DNA from: Parasitella parasitica NRRL 2501
Taxonomy: Eukaryota > Fungi > Mucoromycota
Direction: 5' to 3'
Assembly (NCBI GenBank): GCA_025201805.1
Contig: MU619304.1
Span: 78,182 to 142,181 of the forward strand
DNA: 64,000 nt
The notes beneath the pieces were generated by a model. That model did no database searches. It saw only the letters and a list, made by a program, of their open reading frames with translations, and had not been told where the DNA came from. Position 1 is the stretch's first letter; the number at the start of each line of letters is the position of its first letter. Of the stretch, positions 63,046 through 64,000 are shown piece by piece. The position numbers and the translations under genes were made by a program.

Positions 63046-64000
63046 TCTTTTGAAGAATTGGGGGCGGCCATTTCCACACCAAATTGATGTGGCAATGGTG
63101 AGCATGTTCTTCGAGGCCATGGCATCGCGATTCCAGTAAATATTGCAAGTTTTACACTTCAATACCTGATGGATTTTGGTTTCTTTGTTGTCATGGATTA
63201 TCTTGAAATTCTCCAGATCTTCTTTGAGACAATTGTTGCAGATCTATGAATAATCGGTTTTAGCTGAAAGTGCAATATGTGAATTATGTGTGTTTTTTCC
63301 TTAATAACCTTCGATGTTTTGAACTCATTAATATCTACAAGTAATAGTTCACCAATTCTTTCTCTTGCTTGTAGTTGCTTGTATATTTTGTTCGAGACAC
63401 CGTGTCTTAAACCTCTGAACTTTATATGATCTTTGTTTTTTAATCCGTCACCAAAGACCACCAGAGGCATCTTACTTTTGTCACATACTTCAAAACAAGC
63501 CTTGTTTTTTCTGTTATAAGTTACAAAAATAACAGTTAGAGTTTACTGAATTTACGAAAACTAGAGAAAAGTATATACCTCTTGGACCTTGTAACAGTAG
63601 TGATGGGTTTTCTTTCTCTGGGAGCACGAGTACAGCTGTGGCAATTTTTTCTTCTTCTTTTTCTGTTCGCCCTTGTCTTTTTTCTCTTGCCCTTATTATA
63701 CTTCTTTCCGCCATTTATCAGGATATTGACGCTTTCTTCGATAACTTGTTGAGAGCTAAGGTAGTTCAACCATCTGACTTTGGAAGTATCAAAGCCGTAG
63801 AAATCAAACAACGTATTCATGTGCTGCAACATGTAGGCTACGTACAGAACAAATTGCTCTACAGATGCAGTTTTAGGCGAGGGAATGTCTGTTTCAATCT
63901 TTTCAATGCCTAGTTCTTGTTTGTGTTTCTGTTGCTTTTTCATTCTTGTTACACTTCCACCCATATTATAGTATTCGATTGAGGACAAGCGACGTATGTC
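62989..64000 (-). CDS. Fanzor1 (TnpB-like RNA-guided RuvC endonuclease), C-terminal half, two introns; 5' part outside the window
   Basis: Exons 64000-63579, 63510-63309 and 63243-62989 splice in frame with no stops: RRLSSIEYY..IETDIPSPKT..FYG..PLVVFGDG..RuvC-II DINEFKTSK|ICNNC..LKCKTC..RuvC-III WNRDAMASKN..GRP. Confidence 0.9.

Larger units (their letters stand above)
62790..64000 (-). mobile_element. Right end of a Fanzor-carrying DNA transposon (TA target site, Tc1/mariner-like terminus); continues beyond the window
   Basis: TA (62788-62789) followed by CAGTTGACGAAA.. (62790), subterminal 19-bp repeats, then the Fanzor 3' end. The partner end is not in the window. Confidence 0.65.

Overview
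Eukaryotic, intron-containing, AT-rich DNA. Gene content and short GT..CTAAC..AG introns point to a Mucorales fungus (inference). The central part (about 7-62 kb) is mostly a housekeeping gene block: promethin-like protein, two Zn2Cys6 transcription factors, cyclophilin, Sla1, Rap/Rsr1 GTPase, Dad2, Gbp2/Hrb1-like RRM protein, RNase H2C, Doa10, expansin-like protein, class V myosin-chitin synthase, SLC25A46-like carrier, BABAM2-like protein, S28 peptidase, 3-ketoacyl-CoA reductase, PX-AGC kinase and two F-box genes. Transposon debris lies at 1-6 kb and 43.3-49 kb. The main signal is at the right edge: the 3' half of an intact-looking, intron-containing Fanzor1 (eukaryotic TnpB-like RNA-guided nuclease) on the minus strand, inside a DNA transposon ending in TA|CAGTTGACGAAA. 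Between its stop codon and the terminus is an apparent spliceosomal intron (CAG|GTAAGA, exact TACTAAC, 139 nt without AG, then TAG). Removing it would delete the 19-bp subterminal repeats, join the predicted omegaRNA hairpins to the transposon end and flanking guide, and form a stem across the junction: a candidate spliced guide-RNA system. Also seen: a decayed Fanzor1 N-terminal relic (4.4-5.2 kb) and a degenerate palindrome of about 2.4 kb (20.0-22.4 kb). All family assignments come from motif recognition by eye; no searches were run.
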